From positions 1 to 27,892 of IMG/VR virus record IMGVR_UViG_3300017707_001164: a DNA stretch of 27,892 nucleotides. One strand, given 5' to 3'. Positions 26,421 through 27,892 of this stretch are shown here, piece by piece (position 1 is the stretch's first letter; every line of letters starts with the position of its first letter). The notes beneath the pieces were generated by a model. It was not told the origin of the DNA and searched no databases. It saw only the letters and a list, made by a program, of their open reading frames with translations. Source of the DNA: a virus. Taxonomy: Duplodnaviria > Caudoviricetes. The position numbers and the translations under genes are program-made.

Positions 26421-27223
26421 GAGCGGCACTAGTTGTGCTAATGCTCCTGCTATCAGTGGAAGCATGGGCAGCACCTAGCTTACTAGCCTTATGCCACAAA
26501 GATTTTAACTGTGCCGGCGTAAAGAGGCTCTATAGAGAGCAAGAAACCTTAGTTGTTAGCTACCTAGAGAATACCTTTGGTACGACCTGTAAATGCTTAA
26601 ATACCCTCTTAGACGACCCTAGACCAAAGATTATAAGAGCCCACCTGATACAAAGCCCCTGCATGAGAAACAAGCGCTGCGGGCGTTATGAGGCTTTATG
26701 GGGCTACACTGTGGCGTCAGCTAATAGAGCGGCTAGAAACCCTAAAAGCAGGCTAAGAAAGCGATTTAATGTCATTTTAGAGCAATTTAAGCAGCGATTA
26801 GAGGGGCGTAGCGTTACTTGTTATGTTAGCCCGTGTTTGGAGTGTGATTTGCATGAGACAGCTAGAAAAACACTTGCTAATCTTATATCTGCTGCTGTGC
26901 CTAGTTGTAACCTTGTTGATAATCCTTATAGACGCAAATGCTTACCAGGAATGGTGTGCGAAAAGCACGGACTTAACCCCATTCTATCTAGGCCGTGTAT
27001 AGTCGATTTAGACGGGTACGATGGCAACTTGGTAAACGCAAGAAAATGGATGGCAAAATACAGCCACTGTGATTTAAGATATTATTGGGAACCTTGGATG
27101 AATTGCATCCGTGGCGAGTTTGTAGATCCCAGGAAGCGAGACTGTAAATACGATAACTCTATATTTGAAGGTGCTTTATGCCGTTCTTTTTGGCCTCAAT
27201 CATCAGACATTTGCTTACCCTAG
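26417..27223 (+). CDS. Secreted cysteine-rich protein (Sec signal peptide), possibly a hydrolase
   Basis: 268 aa. Signal peptide MRAALVVLMLLLSVEAWA with A-W-A cleavage site; 18 Cys counted in the mature part. Confidence 0.7.
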   Translation: MRAALVVLMLLLSVEAWAAPSLLALCHKDFNCAGVKRLYREQETLVVSYLENTFGTTCKCLNTLLDDPRPKIIRAHLIQSPCMRNKRCGRYEALWGYTVASANRAARNPKSRLRKRFNVILEQFKQRLEGRSVTCYVSPCLECDLHETARKTLANLISAAVPSCNLVDNPYRRKCLPGMVCEKHGLNPILSRPCIVDLDGYDGNLVNARKWMAKYSHCDLRYYWEPWMNCIRGEFVDPRKRDCKYDNSIFEGALCRSFWPQSSDICLP

Positions 27224-27363
27224 CTGCTGGCTCTTTAGTTACCCTTGGTGTAGCTGAGAGCGATGCTCTTAACCTAGCTTCTGCTGCTGAGCCTGTAGTA
27301 GGCGGCGCCATCCTTTATGGAGCTGCTCAGGCTTGGTCTTTAGTTGAGAAGAAGAAGCGCTAA
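27178..27363 (+). CDS. Putative holin (two hydrophobic segments, basic C-terminus)
   Basis: 61 aa. IIRHLLTLAAGSLV and VVGGAILYGAAQAWS followed by EKKKR. SD-like AAGGTG upstream. Confidence 0.7.
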   Translation: MPFFLASIIRHLLTLAAGSLVTLGVAESDALNLASAAEPVVGGAILYGAAQAWSLVEKKKR

Positions 27364-27638
27364 GGTCGCCTGTGCATCCTGATGGGCTTTTCTTCAGGGT
27401 TAATCTTTCTTAGTCGCTCCCTTATAGTGCGCACTACGTCATCACGTTCAAAGAGCATATTGCAGATATACACTAGGTTGTACGGTTTGGGCGTATCCTC
27501 AAAAAAAAAGCGGTGCAGGTCCACCTGAAAGAACGCTGTTAATCCTTGTGTGGGTAAAGAATAATCGCAAATGGCTCTTTCAATAACAGCAAGCCACAAA
27601 GCCGTCTCTGGGCAGTCGGGGGAGGATGTTATTTCCAT
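27360..27638 (-). CDS. Phage hypothetical protein, possibly a regulator; start likely at 27638 rather than 27698
   Basis: Contains ETALWLAVIERAICDY. The track's start at 27698 overlaps the upstream resolvase-like gene by 52 nt, whereas the ATG at 27638 follows that gene's stop by 8 nt. Confidence 0.6.
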   Translation of the reverse strand: MEITSSPDCPETALWLAVIERAICDYSLPTQGLTAFFQVDLHRFFFEDTPKPYNLVYICNMLFERDDVVRTIRERLRKINPEEKPIRMHRRP

Positions 27639-27646
27639 CTCGTAAT

Positions 27647-27892
27647 CTACTTCTTGTGTAAGTTTAGAAAGTCTTCCAGATACATAGTTACTAGCCATGG
27701 TCTATTGTTTTTCCTGTGGCAGACGATTGGTGTGTTATCCCCGCAATCTCTTGTAGCTTGGTCTATAGCCTTGTCTACGTTAAGATTTTGGACTCTTTTT
27801 ACTTCGATGTGATATTGACTCAATTCGGTGCAAACTACGTCCGAATCGCCAGCCTTGCCACAAAACTGCTGCGTGCGTCTAGCTGTGAAGCC
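27647..27892 (-). CDS. Holliday junction resolvase-like PD-(D/E)xK nuclease (5'-truncated; absent from ORF track)
   Basis: Manual translation gives GFTARRTQQFCGKAGDSDVVCTELSQYHIEVKRVQNLNVDKAIDQATRDCGDNTPIVCHRKNNRPWLVTMYLEDFLNLHKK*, with an SD...IEVK catalytic pattern. Confidence 0.8.
   Translation of the reverse strand, partial: GFTARRTQQFCGKAGDSDVVCTELSQYHIEVKRVQNLNVDKAIDQATRDCGDNTPIVCHRKNNRPWLVTMYLEDFLNLHKK

Larger units (their letters stand above)
1..27892. mobile_element. Podovirus-type phage genome segment (packaging, head, tail, ejection, lysis modules)
   Basis: Gene content and order throughout. No tape measure, tube or sheath genes and no host genes. Free phage versus prophage cannot be decided from this window. 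Confidence 0.93.

Noticed and set aside
27501-27509. A9 run (T9 on the coding strand) as a slippage or phase-variation site
   Set aside because: It encodes FFF in an intact frame, and I saw no evidence of a meaningful shifted product.
1-27892. Alternative genetic code, tRNA genes, CRISPR array, introns or inteins
   Set aside because: Genes tile densely under the standard code using TAA, TAG and TGA stops. Intergenic gaps are under about 50 nt, and no intein or intron motifs were noticed.

Overview
This window is the virion-morphogenesis and lysis arm of a tailed dsDNA phage or prophage with a podovirus-type (P22/T7-like short tail) layout. No integrase, att site or host gene is visible. The + strand carries, in order: large terminase (5'-truncated), portal, a ~6.6 kb block of unusual beta-rich putative structural genes, scaffold, major capsid, small head accessory genes separated by hairpins, head-tail adaptor, two ejection-type genes, tail nozzle, three ejection/internal virion proteins, an S74-chaperone tail fibre and a lysis-like cassette. 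Two minus-strand genes converge from the right end, one a Holliday-junction-resolvase-like nuclease missed by the ORF track. The strongest lead is an apparent ADP-ribosyltransferase (ART-PolyVal-like) domain inside the 1234-aa ejection protein, upstream of its lytic transglycosylase, which suggests a virion-injected effector. Other leads are short peptide motifs shared among ejection proteins, an 18-Cys secreted protein with a TIM-barrel-like pattern in the lysis cassette, three paralogous structural genes between portal and scaffold, and alternative RNA pairings at the capsid ribosome-binding site. All assignments come from motif recognition by eye; no searches were run.
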